From IMG/VR virus record IMGVR_UViG_3300020030_000051, positions 1 through 6,068 of that record: a stretch of DNA of 6,068 bases. One strand, written 5' to 3'. Numbering within the stretch: position 1 is the first letter of the stretch; each line of letters starts with the position of its first letter. Below, one piece after another: positions 4,988-6,068 of the stretch. This DNA comes from a virus. The notes below the pieces were generated by a model. It searched no databases. It was given only the letters and a program-made list of their open reading frames with translations, and was not told the origin of the DNA. Made by a program: the position numbers and the translations under genes.

Positions 4988-6058
4988 TTAAATAATTAGT
5001 TGAAGTTTGTAATGATCTTGCCAGAATTGGAGAATATCCAAATCTAACCAAGTAGGAGGGTCAAAATCGGGCATCTCGCGAGAGGAGGCAGAAAAGCGCA
5101 TCATCTGTTTCTGTTCCCACGTGTATGCCTCTCTACGGGATACGGAGGATTTGAGATTGAACCGTTCAACACACAAAGAAACAATACGCTTAACCAAAGG
5201 AGACTTGCTAAAACGTGCGTAAGAATCAGCAGCGATAATCGAACGTGAAATTTCGTCTTCTTGTTTAAGATATCTAAGATAGTATCGAGGGATCGCGTAA
5301 TTGTAATTGATACGCTTCTCAAAATCATAATAAGACCACGTCGAAGTACGAGTAGAAGGACGAGGCATATAACCAAGAAAATCACCAACGCCAGCAGATA
5401 CGAATTTTCGCGTATAACGGCGATGTTGGAGGAGACAAGATAAAGACGTAAGTTTTCCATCTAAAATGACATTTTGATTCAATATTTCTGCAGGATCGAA
5501 ATAAATTTGCTTAGTAACATATTTGACAACGTATCGTGCACGCTTGTGCGTGCCTTTCGCAAGCCAAACGAAGCCTAAATCACGGACAGCTGATCTAATT
5601 TCGTTATAAAGACAGTTGGTGCCAAAAAGAAAGCCATGGAAGTGAAGACGCGGCGCCGATCCTGTTTCAGGGTGAGTGCCAAACTCCTGGAAAAATGCAT
5701 GCTTAAAGGAGTGACCAAGGCGGTGTCGAACTCGCTCATTCCATCGCCGGATGAATCTGGAGGGGTCTCGCAGCGCTTCATTGTAATACTTAGGGGATAT
5801 GGTTATCGTGATAAAAATAGCCTGTTGAGACTCAGCCTTACAGCGAGCAAGCTCGCGTTCCAAGCGAACGAACCAGTTATTGCGCTGACGGCGCAAGCAC
5901 TCTTCACACTTGCCGCATGGAACTAAAAGCCACTGACGAGCGACATCCCAAGGGCGAAGGGCTAAAGCAGACTTAGCAACGTCAGAGCCATTGCGACAAG
6001 GATTCTTCTTGTCAAAATAACGACGATTGCGTATCCATAAAGGAGAAGAGCAGGGCAT
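4988..6058 (-). CDS. VP4: Replication initiation protein VP4 (HUH rolling-circle endonuclease, phiX A-like), 356 aa
   Basis: N-terminal Cys cluster (C3, C21, PCGKCEEC at residues 47-54). Motif I AIFITITI. HUH motif PRLHFHGFLF (H-F-H at 5636-5644). Two-tyrosine catalytic motif RYVVKYVTK (Y176 and Y180 at 5519-5533), comparable to YVAKYVNK in phiX174 A. The TAA stop is 3 nt before the capsid ATG. Confidence 0.93.
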   Translation of the reverse strand: MPCSSPLWIRNRRYFDKKNPCRNGSDVAKSALALRPWDVARQWLLVPCGKCEECLRRQRNNWFVRLERELARCKAESQQAIFITITISPKYYNEALRDPSRFIRRWNERVRHRLGHSFKHAFFQEFGTHPETGSAPRLHFHGFLFGTNCLYNEIRSAVRDLGFVWLAKGTHKRARYVVKYVTKQIYFDPAEILNQNVILDGKLTSLSCLLQHRRYTRKFVSAGVGDFLGYMPRPSTRTSTWSYYDFEKRINYNYAIPRYYLRYLKQEDEISRSIIAADSYARFSKSPLVKRIVSLCVERFNLKSSVSRREAYTWEQKQMMRFSASSREMPDFDPPTWLDLDILQFWQDHYKLQLII

Positions 6059-6068
6059 TAAAATAAGC
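5948..6068. repeat. Right copy of the exact 121-nt direct terminal repeat
   Basis: Identical to 1-121. It contains the Rep start codon and the stop codon of the upstream small ORF. Confidence 0.97.

Larger units (their letters stand above)
1..5947 (-). other. One unit of a complete circular Microviridae (ssDNA phage) genome, 5,947 nt, with all genes on the minus strand
   Basis: An exact 121-nt terminal overlap closes the circle. The hallmark trio is present: F-like major capsid, HUH Rep and VP2-like pilot protein. Size and single-strand gene orientation are typical of the family. Confidence 0.9.

Overview
This window is a complete small circular ssDNA phage genome of the family Microviridae. 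It looks gokushovirus- or alpavirus-like rather than phiX-like, and it is shown as the reverse complement of its coding strand. Positions 1-121 are identical to 5948-6068, so the contig closes on itself and the unit genome is 5,947 nt. All credible genes lie on the minus strand and are tightly packed. The order is HUH replication initiator (4988-6058), major capsid protein (3194-4984), an acidic 98-aa protein, a 63-aa lipoprotein-like ORF one nt upstream of the VP2-like pilot protein (1301-2557), two unknown ORFs, and a small basic ORF whose stop overlaps the Rep start (TAATG). The three hallmark genes are recognisable by motif; the other five ORFs have no function I can assign from sequence. 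Four things deserve a second look. (1) A tiny lipobox-bearing ORF is coupled to VP2 and is a lysis or exclusion candidate. (2) A dense run of seven stem-loops at 332-512 includes two GCGAAGC mini-hairpins on the coding strand and ends in a clean intrinsic terminator; it is a candidate origin or regulatory region. (3) An exact Bacteroides-type promoter (TTTG-N19-TAnnTTTG), together with the absence of Shine-Dalgarno motifs, points to a Bacteroidota host. That promoter and the terminator bracket the two unknown ORFs like a moron cassette. (4) A 119-aa two-transmembrane ORF is overprinted on the C-terminal half of Rep. No tRNA, rRNA, CRISPR array, integrase or transposase is visible. Homology statements rest on my own motif recognition, not on database searches.
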